Source of the DNA: Armatimonadota bacterium
Lineage (GTDB): Bacteria; Armatimonadota; SYMT01
NCBI GenBank assembly: GCA_041690135.1
Contig: JAWLHY010000001.1
Span: 1,280,001-1,344,000, forward strand
Reading direction: 5' to 3'
Length of the DNA: 64,000 bases
Below are positions 55,146 to 64,000 of the stretch, piece after piece (position 1 is the first letter of the stretch; each line of letters starts with the position of its first letter). Below the pieces are notes generated by a model that was not told the origin of the DNA, made no database searches, and saw nothing but the letters and a program-made list of their open reading frames with translations. Position numbers and translations under genes: made by a program.

Positions 55146-56634
55146 GCATCCCTTCCAATCTCTCTCCCGTCGCGGCTTCCTGCCCCGACCGCTTCTCTTG
55201 GGGCTCGTTGCGCTCACGGCGCCGGTGCTCGCGGCCCAGGAGTCCGAAGCCGGCGCGCGAATGGCCCTCGAACAGCGGATCGATGCGGCGGTGCAGGCGT
55301 TGGGACCCCATGCCACTTCGGCTGTGCGAGTCGTTTCGCTCGACACGGGTGAGGTTCTTTACGAGCGCAACGCGGATCTGTCGCTCAACCCCGCTTCCAA
55401 TATGAAGCTTCTCACGTCCGCGGCGGCTCTGGGTATTCTGGGACCCAATTACCGGTTTCAAACGCGCGTTGCGTTGCGCGGTCGTCTCGCCGGCGGCCGG
55501 CTCAAAGGGGACCTTGCCCTTATCGGCGGCGGCGACCCAGTGCTGGAGACTGAGGACCTCGCCGCGCTGGCCGATGCGGTCCGGAAGGCCGGCATCCGGC
55601 GGGTAGAGGGAAGGCTGGTCGTGGATGAGAGCCGGTACGACGCAGAGCGCCTGGGAATCGGCTGGCAGTCCGATGACGAGCCCTATTACTACAGCGCGCA
55701 GATCAGCGGCCTGAGCGTGAACCGCAACGTGTTGACGGTCCAGGTGCGACCCGGCAAAAAGGCGGGGCAGCCGCCCGTGATCGAGCTGGCGCCGGTGCCG
55801 GGTCACCTTAAGGTAACATCCAGTCTCACTACCGTCGCGGCTGGAGCCGGTACGGATGTCGATATCACCCGCCGCCGCGGTCATAACGAGCTCCTCATCT
55901 CGGGCCGGATCGCGGTGGACAGCGGTCCGGTTCGGGAGACGGCGGTGACGATGGAGGAGCCGGCGCTCTTCACCGGGGCGCTCTTCCGCCGGCTGCTGGC
56001 CGCTCGCGGGGTGGTGGTTGAGGGTTCCACGGTGCGGGGCAAAACGGGAGCGGAATGGCGGCAGGTCGCTCGTCGCGACTCCCCTCCCCTTTCGGAGATC
56101 GTGGTAGCCCTGAACAAGCCCAGCGATAATCTGGTCGCCGAGATGCTGTTGAAGGAGCTGGGATATCAACGGAAGCAGCCCGGTGACGCGACAACGGGTT
56201 CTACCGTGGTCGAAGAGTGGCTGAAGGGATTGGGAATTGCTGTTTCCGGGGTGCGTGTGAACGACGGCAGTGGATTGAGCCGGATGGACCTCGTAACCGC
56301 GCGCGCGATCAGCGACCTCCTGGTAAAGGCCGATAAGCAAGCGTGGCGTGAGATCTTCATTCACTCCCTGCCAGTGGCGGGGGTGGACGGGACCTTGCGC
56401 CGCCGGCTGAAGGATACTCCGGCGGAAGGCAATCTCCGCGCCAAAACGGGGACATTGAGCCACGTAACGGCGCTGGGAGGATATGTCACCACCGCTGGCA
56501 AGGAGCGGTTGGCATTCAGCATCCTGATCAACAACTATCCGGGTCCGGCCAGCGGTCCGGAGGGCTCCAAGCGCATTGAGGACCGAATTGCGGTCACTCT
56601 CGCGGAGTGGGAGCGACCGAAGCCCGCGAATTAG
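55144..56634 (+). CDS. dacB: D-alanyl-D-alanine carboxypeptidase/endopeptidase (PBP4, peptidase S13)
   Basis: PASNMK (SxxK), GGGDP, SDN, DGSGLSR, GVDGTL, KTG; N-terminus SRRGFL plus hydrophobic stretch. Confidence 0.92.
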   Translation: MHPFQSLSRRGFLPRPLLLGLVALTAPVLAAQESEAGARMALEQRIDAAVQALGPHATSAVRVVSLDTGEVLYERNADLSLNPASNMKLLTSAAALGILGPNYRFQTRVALRGRLAGGRLKGDLALIGGGDPVLETEDLAALADAVRKAGIRRVEGRLVVDESRYDAERLGIGWQSDDEPYYYSAQISGLSVNRNVLTVQVRPGKKAGQPPVIELAPVPGHLKVTSSLTTVAAGAGTDVDITRRRGHNELLISGRIAVDSGPVRETAVTMEEPALFTGALFRRLLAARGVVVEGSTVRGKTGAEWRQVARRDSPPLSEIVVALNKPSDNLVAEMLLKELGYQRKQPGDATTGSTVVEEWLKGLGIAVSGVRVNDGSGLSRMDLVTARAISDLLVKADKQAWREIFIHSLPVAGVDGTLRRRLKDTPAEGNLRAKTGTLSHVTALGGYVTTAGKERLAFSILINNYPGPASGPEGSKRIEDRIAVTLAEWERPKPAN

Positions 56635-56775
56635 GGCGAACCGGTTTGTTCGGGCGTGGGTCATGGCAACAGACACAGGAAGTTCCATCCGGACGGTCCG
56701 TTTGTGGGCGAGGGGCCGGGGGGAGAAATATGGGGCGGCTCGCGATAGCACGCGGAGCGCCCGAGGAGCGATGTC

Positions 56776-57723
56776 ATGCCACGCGCAATTCATTGGGTTG
56801 CAGGGCTCCTGCTGACGGGGGTGGTGCTCGGAAAGGCCGGTGCAGCTGAGATCCGGCCGGTCCCGGTCTACGTGAATGGGGGACGTCTCAGCTCGGACGC
56901 CCTGATGGTGACGGAAGCCGGGCGTACGGTCCTGCCGATGCGGGCGCTGTTTACCTCGCTGGGTGCCCGGGTCGAGTGGGACGCCCGCGAGCGCGCCGTT
57001 TACGCGTGGACACCCGACGGAAGCGGCGTCCGGTTTGAAGTCGGCGAGCGCCAGGCCCAGATCATGGAAATGGCGGATCGTCCCCAAGCCGGCGACTGGG
57101 GGAAAGTCGTGGGTCGTCGCACGCTGGACGTGCCGGCCCTGGTCGTGCAGGACCGCGTCTACATTCCGATCCGGGCCGCCGGCGAGTCGTTGAATGCGGA
57201 CGTCCGCTGGGTGGCCAGCACTCCGGCCGTGTACATCGCCACGGGTGCCGTGGCGGGAACGCGCGAGGAGACCCCTCTCGAAGTGGACCCGGCACCCGAG
57301 AACGACCGGCCCGCCCGGCCGGCCGCCACGGCTGCCCAGATTGCCCAGGCGCTGGACGTTCGTCTGGTGATCGGTGAACAGGTTTTCCCGCGCGGCGAAA
57401 CGGTGCCCCTCCAACTGGTGGTGACTAACCAGAGTCAGCGACCGGTGGTGGTGCCCTTCGGTTCCGGACAGCAGTTCGATTTTGAGGTAGTACGGAACGG
57501 CACGGTGGTCTGGAATTGGGCACGGGACCGGGCCTTCACCCAGGTGTTCAGTACGATGACTCTCCAGCCGGGCGAACGGATGGTCTATGAGACGAGCTGG
57601 GCACAGCGGAACAACCAGGGTAACCGCGTGCGTCCGGGCCTCTACACGGTCCGCGGCGTGGTGACTCCCGCTTTCCCCCGGCTTCGTCCCGCCGACGAGA
57701 AGCGCATCGAGATCGTCGAGTAG
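56776..57723 (+). CDS. Secreted protein: copper amine oxidase N-terminal-like domain + BsuPI-like Ig domain
   Basis: GRTVLPMRALFTSLGARVEWD, RVYIPIR; C-terminal FGSGQQFDFEV...WNWARDRAFTQ. Confidence 0.8.
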   Translation: MPRAIHWVAGLLLTGVVLGKAGAAEIRPVPVYVNGGRLSSDALMVTEAGRTVLPMRALFTSLGARVEWDARERAVYAWTPDGSGVRFEVGERQAQIMEMADRPQAGDWGKVVGRRTLDVPALVVQDRVYIPIRAAGESLNADVRWVASTPAVYIATGAVAGTREETPLEVDPAPENDRPARPAATAAQIAQALDVRLVIGEQVFPRGETVPLQLVVTNQSQRPVVVPFGSGQQFDFEVVRNGTVVWNWARDRAFTQVFSTMTLQPGERMVYETSWAQRNNQGNRVRPGLYTVRGVVTPAFPRLRPADEKRIEIVE

Positions 57724-57739
57724 CTGTTACAATGACGGC

Positions 57740-59497
57740 GTGAACTACGACAGCTTTTGCATGGCAGCCGCGGCCGAGGAACTCCACCGGGAGTTCCTCG
57801 GCGCTTTCGTGGACCGCGTCCACCAGCCCGACGAGTTGCTCGTCGTTCTCGCGTTCTCCGGACGCGGCGCCCGGCGGCACTGGCTGCTGTCCTGTGACGC
57901 TCGCTGGCCCCGATCCCACGAGACCCGGCGCCGGCGCAATAACCCTCCCAACCCGCCCGCCTTTTGCATGCTGTTGCGGAAGTACCTGGAGGGCAGCCGG
58001 CTTGTGGAAGTGGAGCAGGTGCGGTTCGACCGGATTCTGCGCCTGACCTTTCGCAGGGGCGATGAAACCTGCATCCTCGTGCATGAGGTGATGGGTCGGC
58101 ACAGCAATTTGTTGCTGCTGGGGGCCGACCAGAAAATCCTGGGCGCCGTCAAACTGGTCTCCCCCGACCAGACCCGGGTGCGGCCGGTGGCGCCGGGCCT
58201 GGCCTACCACGAGCCTCCCGGCGAGCGACCCGACCCTCGGGGGCTGAGCCGAATGGATCTGGAAGTGCTGTTCCGCGAGCAGGAAGTTCGCACTCCCGAA
58301 CGGCTGACCCGGAGCTTAAGTGGCTGGGGAACCTTTCCCGCGCGCGAGGTATTCCTGGAAGTAGAAGCACGGATGGCCGGCGATCGTGCCGAACCGGACC
58401 TCCAAGACCTCCCAAACCCACCCGACGTGGCAGCTTCCCTGGCGGAGAGCGTTCACCGCCGCATGGAGCGGGTCCGGCAGGGTAACTTCGCACCTCACGT
58501 GTTGCTGGACGAACACGGACGTGCCAGGGGCATTTGGGCGTTCGCTTCGCACCAGCCGGGATGGACCGACGGACGGGTATTTCCGGGGATCTCAGCCGCC
58601 TGCGATGCGTATTTTGCCGAACTCGAAGAGACCCACGCGCGCGAGACGCTGCGGAAATCGCTGGTAGGCGCCCTGGAAAGGGCCCTGCGAACAACGGAAC
58701 TCCAGCGGTCCGAAGCGCAGGGCTTTCTCGACCGCCTGGCGCAGAACGAACTACTCCGCATTCAAGGGGAGCTGGTAGCCGCGCATGCCGGCCAGATCGA
58801 ACGCGGCGCCGAGCGCGTGGAGCTGCCGAACTGGTATGACCCATCCGGCGGCGCCCTCTCCATCGCTCTCGATCCGGAGCTAAGTGCGCGGGAGAATGCC
58901 GACCGCTTCTTCCAGCGTTACCGTCGCGGTGTGGCTGGTGCGGAAGCGGCGCTGGACCGGGTCCCGGAACTGGAAGCACGGATTGCCGAACTGGAACGGG
59001 AGTTAGCCGAGGCGCAAGTCGCGGAGCATCGCCGGTTGGAAGAACTGTGGGAAGACGCCCGTCGCCGCGGGCTCTTCCGTGAGGTCTCAACCCGCGGCAA
59101 GGACCGCTCCGAGGGCGGCAGTGAGTTTCCGACGGGGGTTCGGGTGAAGCGGTTTACGATGGGCAACTGGGAGATCGTATGGGGCGAGAACGCCACCTCC
59201 AACGACTATCTCACTATGCGCTGGGCGCGTCCCGGCGACTTGTGGCTCCATGCCCGCGCCATCACGGGGGCCCATGTAATCGTCCGCGGAGTGGAAACTC
59301 TGGATCGTCTCCCGCCGGAAGTGCTGCGCGAAGCCGCGCGTCGAGCGGCGGCACACAGCGAGGGACGGCATTCCGCGGTGGTAGCCGTGGACTACACCTT
59401 CCGTCGTTACGTCCGTAAGCCGAAAGGGAGCGCACCGGGCGCGGTTACGTACGTTCGCGAGAAGACGCTCCACATCGACCCGCGCTCCGGACAATAA
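57740..59497 (+). CDS. NFACT family / RqcH (FbpA) ribosome quality control protein
   Basis: PPAFCMLLRKYLEG, FDRIL, EVMGRHSNL, ENADRFFQRYRR, WLHARAITGAHV, VDYT..RYVRKPKG. Confidence 0.93.
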   Translation: MNYDSFCMAAAAEELHREFLGAFVDRVHQPDELLVVLAFSGRGARRHWLLSCDARWPRSHETRRRRNNPPNPPAFCMLLRKYLEGSRLVEVEQVRFDRILRLTFRRGDETCILVHEVMGRHSNLLLLGADQKILGAVKLVSPDQTRVRPVAPGLAYHEPPGERPDPRGLSRMDLEVLFREQEVRTPERLTRSLSGWGTFPAREVFLEVEARMAGDRAEPDLQDLPNPPDVAASLAESVHRRMERVRQGNFAPHVLLDEHGRARGIWAFASHQPGWTDGRVFPGISAACDAYFAELEETHARETLRKSLVGALERALRTTELQRSEAQGFLDRLAQNELLRIQGELVAAHAGQIERGAERVELPNWYDPSGGALSIALDPELSARENADRFFQRYRRGVAGAEAALDRVPELEARIAELERELAEAQVAEHRRLEELWEDARRRGLFREVSTRGKDRSEGGSEFPTGVRVKRFTMGNWEIVWGENATSNDYLTMRWARPGDLWLHARAITGAHVIVRGVETLDRLPPEVLREAARRAAAHSEGRHSAVVAVDYTFRRYVRKPKGSAPGAVTYVREKTLHIDPRSGQ

Positions 59498-59502
59498 CCG
59501 CT

Positions 59503-59970
59503 TTAGACCTGGTCGCCGCCGCTGCAGTACTTTTGGTGGGCTTCGTGGATCTGATCGATCCGCCGTTGATGTCGTTCGGCGCCACTGAACGGCTCGTCCA
59601 CCCAGGCGCGCACGACTTCTAGAGCCGCACCCACTCCGATGACACGCTCCCCCATCGTGAGAACGTTCGCGTCATTGTCCTTTCGCGAGGACTTCGCGCT
59701 GAAGACGTCGTGACAGGTGACGGCGCGGATGCCCGGTACTTTATTGGCGGCAATACATGGCCCCAGACCCGAGCCACAAGGGAAGATGCCCAGGTCCGCC
59801 TCACCGCGGGCGACGGCCTCGGCGACTTTGAACGTGTACTCCGGATAGTCGACCGGTTGGTCCCCGTTCGTTCCCAGGTCCAGGACCTCGTGGCCCATCT
59901 CCGACAGCAGCTTCTGGATCGCCCGCTTCAGATTGATGCCGGCGTGGTCACTTCCAATTGCGATCTTCAC
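59503..59970 (-). CDS. rpiB: Ribose-5-phosphate isomerase B
   Basis: IGSDHAG, DYP, CGSGLG, ANKVPGIRA, NDANVL, RHQRR; GTG start. Confidence 0.94.
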   Translation of the reverse strand: MKIAIGSDHAGINLKRAIQKLLSEMGHEVLDLGTNGDQPVDYPEYTFKVAEAVARGEADLGIFPCGSGLGPCIAANKVPGIRAVTCHDVFSAKSSRKDNDANVLTMGERVIGVGAALEVVRAWVDEPFSGAERHQRRIDQIHEAHQKYCSGGDQV

Positions 59971-60117
59971 CCTCAAATCCCCCGCCCCAGATGGGCACCG
60001 GCCCATTATACCTCAAAGGGGGATTGTGGTAGAATTACGCGACGGCGCGGGACGGGTCCCGTGACCTTTTCTCCCCTATTCTCCCGGTCGTACGCCGGCA
60101 AAGAAGAGCAAGCGTTT

Positions 60118-60549
60118 ATGGCGGCAGGTCATCAGCATCATCTGGAATTCGGCGGCAGCCCGGTAGGAACCGAGTTCGACGGCTCGCTTCAGTTTCGCCT
60201 TGTAGACCGCATTCCACACATTTCAGTTTCCCAGGACTTCACTGAGAAGACGGCCCGCCAGATCCGGTATGCTCTCGTGGCGACCGTCGGCCCGGAGCGC
60301 CCGTTCTACCACCGGTACCACTACGTGGTGCTCGACGTGCGGATGATCGGCGAGTGGGCGGCGGGCAGCGGTGAGTTTGTAGGCGCCCTGCGCGACCGGA
60401 TGCGGAACATCGGTGGGGAACTCTTTCTGGTAGCCACAAATCGGGTTCCGGTGCCGGGGGAAGTGCCGACCTTTCCGAGTGCCGAAGAGGCGATCGCCGC
60501 GGCCAAGAAACTCCGGGCGGAGCGTCGTGCCGCCGCACTTGGCCTTTAG
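60118..60549 (+). CDS. Hypothetical protein with a degenerate STAS-like domain
   Basis: VVLDVRMIGEWAAGSGEFVGALRDRMRNIGGELFLV...TFPSAEEAI. Confidence 0.55.
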   Translation: MAAGHQHHLEFGGSPVGTEFDGSLQFRLVDRIPHISVSQDFTEKTARQIRYALVATVGPERPFYHRYHYVVLDVRMIGEWAAGSGEFVGALRDRMRNIGGELFLVATNRVPVPGEVPTFPSAEEAIAAAKKLRAERRAAALGL

Positions 60550-60564
60550 CCAGTAGCAGACCCT

Positions 60565-61482
60565 ATGGGTTCCGAGGTTGGCCCCGTTCAAGCCCTGGCA
60601 ATCCTGCTTGGGTTGTTCTTTGCGTTGGGCGACCTGGCTATCCTCGTTTACCTGATTGCGCGTCCGGCGGCACGACGACTGCTTACCCGGCCGTGGAGTC
60701 CTCTGGATCTGTTCCTGGGCATCCAACTGGTGTTCGGGAGCGTGATCCTGGTGGCGTTCGTCGCGCTGATGGGGATTGCCCGGGTCTACCCGGACATGGC
60801 GGTGACGTTCTCCCGGTTCAAACCCGTGGTGACGTTCTTTGCGCTATTCTTGCCGGTAATGCTCCTTCAGCAGGTGGCGCTCCTACTGGTCCCGATAGGC
60901 TTCGTCCGGCTCAAGTACCGCACCTCCCTCACGGCATTGGGGCTCCGGAAGACCGCCGTCTCCACGGCACGCCTGCTGGTGACCGGTGCGGCGTTGGCAG
61001 TCCTGATCCTGCCACTCAGCGACCTCCTGGATACGCTGCTCCGAAGGTGGCTGATCGAATCCGGGCAGTTCCCGTTTGCCGAGCAATTGCGCGCGCTGGG
61101 TCGCGGGGTGAGCATGCTCGAATACCTGGACGGGATCCGGCAGCATGTCCCCGCCCTGGTTCTCATGTGCCTGCTGGCCGGCATCGCCGCGCCGGTCGCG
61201 GAAGAGGTGTTCTTCCGCGGGTTCGCCTACCGAATTCTCAAGCAGCGGTTTGGCGTGCGAGGAGCAATCGTCAGCAGCGCGCTCTTGTTCGCGGCCATTC
61301 ACGTTGACCCGGTGAGCCAGGTGCCGATTTTCTTTATCGGCATTGTCCTGGCGTGGCTCTATGAGAGGACAGGGAGCCTCGCCGCCCCGGTCGGGCTCCA
61401 CTGTGCGAACAACCTGCTGACGTTGCTGTTTTACCTGCTGGCTCCACAGTTCCGTTTCTGGGACGGTTGGCTGCGCTGGTAG
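60565..61482 (+). CDS. CPBP (Abi/CAAX) intramembrane metalloprotease
   Basis: APVAEEVFFRG, FAAIH, HCANN. Confidence 0.92.
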   Translation: MGSEVGPVQALAILLGLFFALGDLAILVYLIARPAARRLLTRPWSPLDLFLGIQLVFGSVILVAFVALMGIARVYPDMAVTFSRFKPVVTFFALFLPVMLLQQVALLLVPIGFVRLKYRTSLTALGLRKTAVSTARLLVTGAALAVLILPLSDLLDTLLRRWLIESGQFPFAEQLRALGRGVSMLEYLDGIRQHVPALVLMCLLAGIAAPVAEEVFFRGFAYRILKQRFGVRGAIVSSALLFAAIHVDPVSQVPIFFIGIVLAWLYERTGSLAAPVGLHCANNLLTLLFYLLAPQFRFWDGWLRW

Positions 61483-61494
61483 CCTGGCGACGGA

Positions 61495-62568
61495 CTATTC
61501 CGCCTCGGGATAGGAACCGAGGATCCGTGTGAACAGGGTGTGCGCTTCAAAGTCGGCGAGCGCGCGCCCTAGCGGAGACTCCTCTCCCTCGGCCTCATGC
61601 CCCTGGACGTCCACAAAGAAGACGTATTCCCAGGGAGTTTGTTTCGTGGGGCGGGACTCGATGAAGGTCAACGAGACACCGTTCTCGGAGAGGGACGACA
61701 ACGCGCGGACGAGTGCCCCCGGCCGGTGCGGGACGGAGAACATCAGACTGGTCTTGTCCCTTCCGGAGGGTGCGGGCCGAAGCTGGCCGACCACCCAGAA
61801 GCGGGTGCGGTTGCGAGGATTATCCTCGATATGCTCCGCCAGGATACCCAGGCCGTACTGCTCCGCGGCCGCCAGATTGGCGATGGCGCCGGCCTCGGGA
61901 TCGTTCGCGGCCAACGCAGCTCCCCGAGCCGTGGTCGTGGTTTCCACCATCTCCACGTGGCCCAGGTGGCGGTTGATCCAGTCCCGGCATTGCGCGGTCG
62001 CCTGGAACATCGTGTAAACCCGCCGTACGCTCTCCAGGGAAGGCGCATTCGAGAGCAGGTTATGCTGGATCGGGACATAGATTTCGGAGCAGATGCGGAG
62101 GTCGCACCGCAGGAACATGTCGAGGCTGGGCGCGACGACACCCTCGGTGGAGTTTTCCACCGGTATCACGCCAAAGTCCGCAGCGCCGCGCTCGACTTGG
62201 GCGAAGACTTCCGCGATGGAGCCCGTTTCCAGGAACTGCACCTGGCTTCCGAAGCGCCGCCGAGCCGCCACGTGCGTGTTGCTGGCGGGAGGTCCCCAGT
62301 AGGCGACCGTGAGGGGACGTTCGAGAGCCCGGCACGCGGAGATGATCTCCCGGTAAATCGCCTGGATGGCGCCGGCCTCCAACGGCCCCGCGCTCGCGGC
62401 GGCGACCCGTTCCAGGACCTGCCGCTCGCGCTCGGGCGCGTAGGCGGGGCGGTCCGTCTTTTCTTTTGCCTCTCCGATCCGGCGCGCGCACTCGGCCCGT
62501 TCGTTGACCAGGCGAACGATTTCCTGGTCCAGCGCGTCGATGCGCCGTCGGTAATCACTGATTTCCAT
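61495..62568 (-). CDS. pheA: Chorismate mutase/prephenate dehydratase
   Basis: RRRIDALD CM domain; PVENSTEG, NRTRF, IESRP ACT domain, LGSYP. Confidence 0.95.
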   Translation of the reverse strand: MEISDYRRRIDALDQEIVRLVNERAECARRIGEAKEKTDRPAYAPERERQVLERVAAASAGPLEAGAIQAIYREIISACRALERPLTVAYWGPPASNTHVAARRRFGSQVQFLETGSIAEVFAQVERGAADFGVIPVENSTEGVVAPSLDMFLRCDLRICSEIYVPIQHNLLSNAPSLESVRRVYTMFQATAQCRDWINRHLGHVEMVETTTTARGAALAANDPEAGAIANLAAAEQYGLGILAEHIEDNPRNRTRFWVVGQLRPAPSGRDKTSLMFSVPHRPGALVRALSSLSENGVSLTFIESRPTKQTPWEYVFFVDVQGHEAEGEESPLGRALADFEAHTLFTRILGSYPEAE

Positions 62569-62787
62569 GCATCCGACCTGAGATAAAGTGGATTGCCCGT
62601 TTGGAAGTCACGCGCGCCCGCGCGCAGAGTTGTCGCGCTCGGGTAGCGGTGCTGGGCATAGTTAGTTTTCGCCGGGAAAGGTCACCATTCCTCGCCGAGC
62701 GCCCGGGTCATTCGGGGCCCGGCGTGGGCGTTCCGCGACGGTCCGCCCCCAGCGATTTCGGGTGGCTTCCCGGAGGAGTAATCGTAT

Positions 62788-63654
62788 ATGGCAAATGGGT
62801 GGTTCCGCAAGCGAAAAGAAGAACCGAGGAACGTTCCGGAGGGGCTCTTCACCCAATGCAATAAATGCCGTGAGCAGTTATTCACACGGGAATGGGAGCG
62901 CAATCTCAAGGTCTGCATGAAGTGCGGACATCATCATCGCTTCTCCGCCCGCGAGCGAATCGAGCTTCTCATCGATGCGGGTGCCTTCCACGAACTCGAC
63001 GCGAACCTGGCCTCCAACAACCCACTGGATTTTCCCGGCTATGCGGAGTCCCTGGAGCGCAACCGCACAAAAACCGGCATGACGGATGCGATCGTGAGCG
63101 GGGCGGGGACGCTCGAAGGCATTCCGCTGACGATTTCCGTCACGGATGCCAACTTCATGATGGGCAGCATGGGAAGTGTCGTGGGCGAGCGTATCGCGCG
63201 GGCCGTCGAACACGCCACCGAGCGGCGTATCCCCACGGTGTTGGTGTCCGGCACCGGTGGCGGCGCCCGGATGCACGAAGGGTTGCTCTCCTTGATGCAG
63301 ATGGCGAAGACCAGCGCCGCCATTGCCCGGCACCATGCCGCCGGGTTGATGACGGTGGTTGTGCTGACTGAGCCATCGATGGCGGGGGTGCTCGCCAGTT
63401 GGGGCTCCCTGGGCGATATCATTCTTGCGGAGCCGGGGGCGATGATCGGGTTCGTGGGTCAGCGCGTCTCCCAACAGGCCAACGTGAGCAAGGTGCCGGC
63501 GGACTTCCAGACGGCGGAGTTCCAGTTGGCGCATGGCCAGGTAGACGTTATTGTCCCTCGCAAGGATCTCAAGGCGACCCTGGCGAGAATGTTCCAGTTC
63601 GCCGGCACTCCGCGGGTCGTTACGAGCGACCCCGTAGCGGCAGTTACGGCTTAG
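62788..63654 (+). CDS. accD: Acetyl-CoA carboxylase carboxyltransferase beta subunit
   Basis: CNKC...CMKC, FMMGSMGSVVGE, GGARMHEG, SLMQMAKT, FQTAEF. Confidence 0.96.
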   Translation: MANGWFRKRKEEPRNVPEGLFTQCNKCREQLFTREWERNLKVCMKCGHHHRFSARERIELLIDAGAFHELDANLASNNPLDFPGYAESLERNRTKTGMTDAIVSGAGTLEGIPLTISVTDANFMMGSMGSVVGERIARAVEHATERRIPTVLVSGTGGGARMHEGLLSLMQMAKTSAAIARHHAAGLMTVVVLTEPSMAGVLASWGSLGDIILAEPGAMIGFVGQRVSQQANVSKVPADFQTAEFQLAHGQVDVIVPRKDLKATLARMFQFAGTPRVVTSDPVAAVTA

Positions 63655-63671
63655 GCAACGAAAGGTACAAG

Positions 63672-64000
63672 ATGGCGAGTTTTGAGGACTTCGAGCGGGC
63701 CATTTCGGAACTCGAAGGCCAGATCGAAAAGCTCAAGCGCCTTACCCGGGAACAGAACATCGATCGGAGTGCGGACATTGCGGAGCTTGAAGCCCAGGTC
63801 CAGCGACTGCTGACCGATTTCTACACGCGTCCGTCCGGCTGGATGCGGACGCGGATTGCCCGGAACCCCAAGCGACCCTTTACGCTGGACTTCATCCGGA
63901 TGGTGTTCCAGGAGTTCCAGGAGCTCCACGGCGATCGCTGTTTCGGCGATGACGGCGCAATGGTCGGCGGGCTGGCTCGTCTCAACGAAGACTGGGTGGT
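63672..64000 (+). CDS. accA: Acetyl-CoA carboxylase carboxyltransferase alpha subunit (runs off window end)
   Basis: MASFEDFERAISELE...ARNPKRPFTLDF...ELHGDRCFGDDGAMVGGLARL. Confidence 0.93.
   Translation, partial: MASFEDFERAISELEGQIEKLKRLTREQNIDRSADIAELEAQVQRLLTDFYTRPSGWMRTRIARNPKRPFTLDFIRMVFQEFQELHGDRCFGDDGAMVGGLARLNEDWV

Noticed and set aside
54940-57414. 824-aa minus-strand ORF
   Set aside because: Antisense shadow of dacB and the copper-amine-oxidase-N gene; no recognisable domain

Overview
High-GC bacterial chromosome window (roughly two-thirds G+C by eye), probably Armatimonadota. This placement is an inference from the DUF1559 prepilin-type/H-X9-DG gene, ASPIC-UnbV/TPR pair, DUF1501, SBBP beta-propeller, copper-amine-oxidase-N domain and a Firmicutes-like mtaB-hit-rpsU-pgpH-ybeY-dgkA-hemolysin block. 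The first ~21 kb is accessory. It holds a decaying cluster of immunity-like genes (ankyrin proteins, an ankyrin fused to part of an SMI1/KNR4 domain, a NuiA-like nuclease inhibitor with a lipoprotein signal, a frameshifted HEAT-like gene), ion transporters and a Fur/PerR regulator. It also holds the best candidate for an undescribed system: a three-gene operon (non-canonical acyl-CoA-dehydrogenase-fold flavoprotein, signal-less PhnD-fold protein, TusA-like/diiron ferritin-like fusion) separated from the divergent Fur gene by a strongly paired ~160-nt non-coding structure. The rest is mostly housekeeping: tRNA-Gln(CTG) plus glnS, a GH151-like hydrolase, ParDE, pfkB/pfk, hpf, cysC, nei, tatD, dacB, NFACT/RqcH, rpiB, pheA, accD and partial accA. 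Several short-tandem, REP-like and inverted repeats lie between genes. No CRISPR array, integrase, transposase or rRNA was seen. All family calls come from motif recognition by eye, without database searches.
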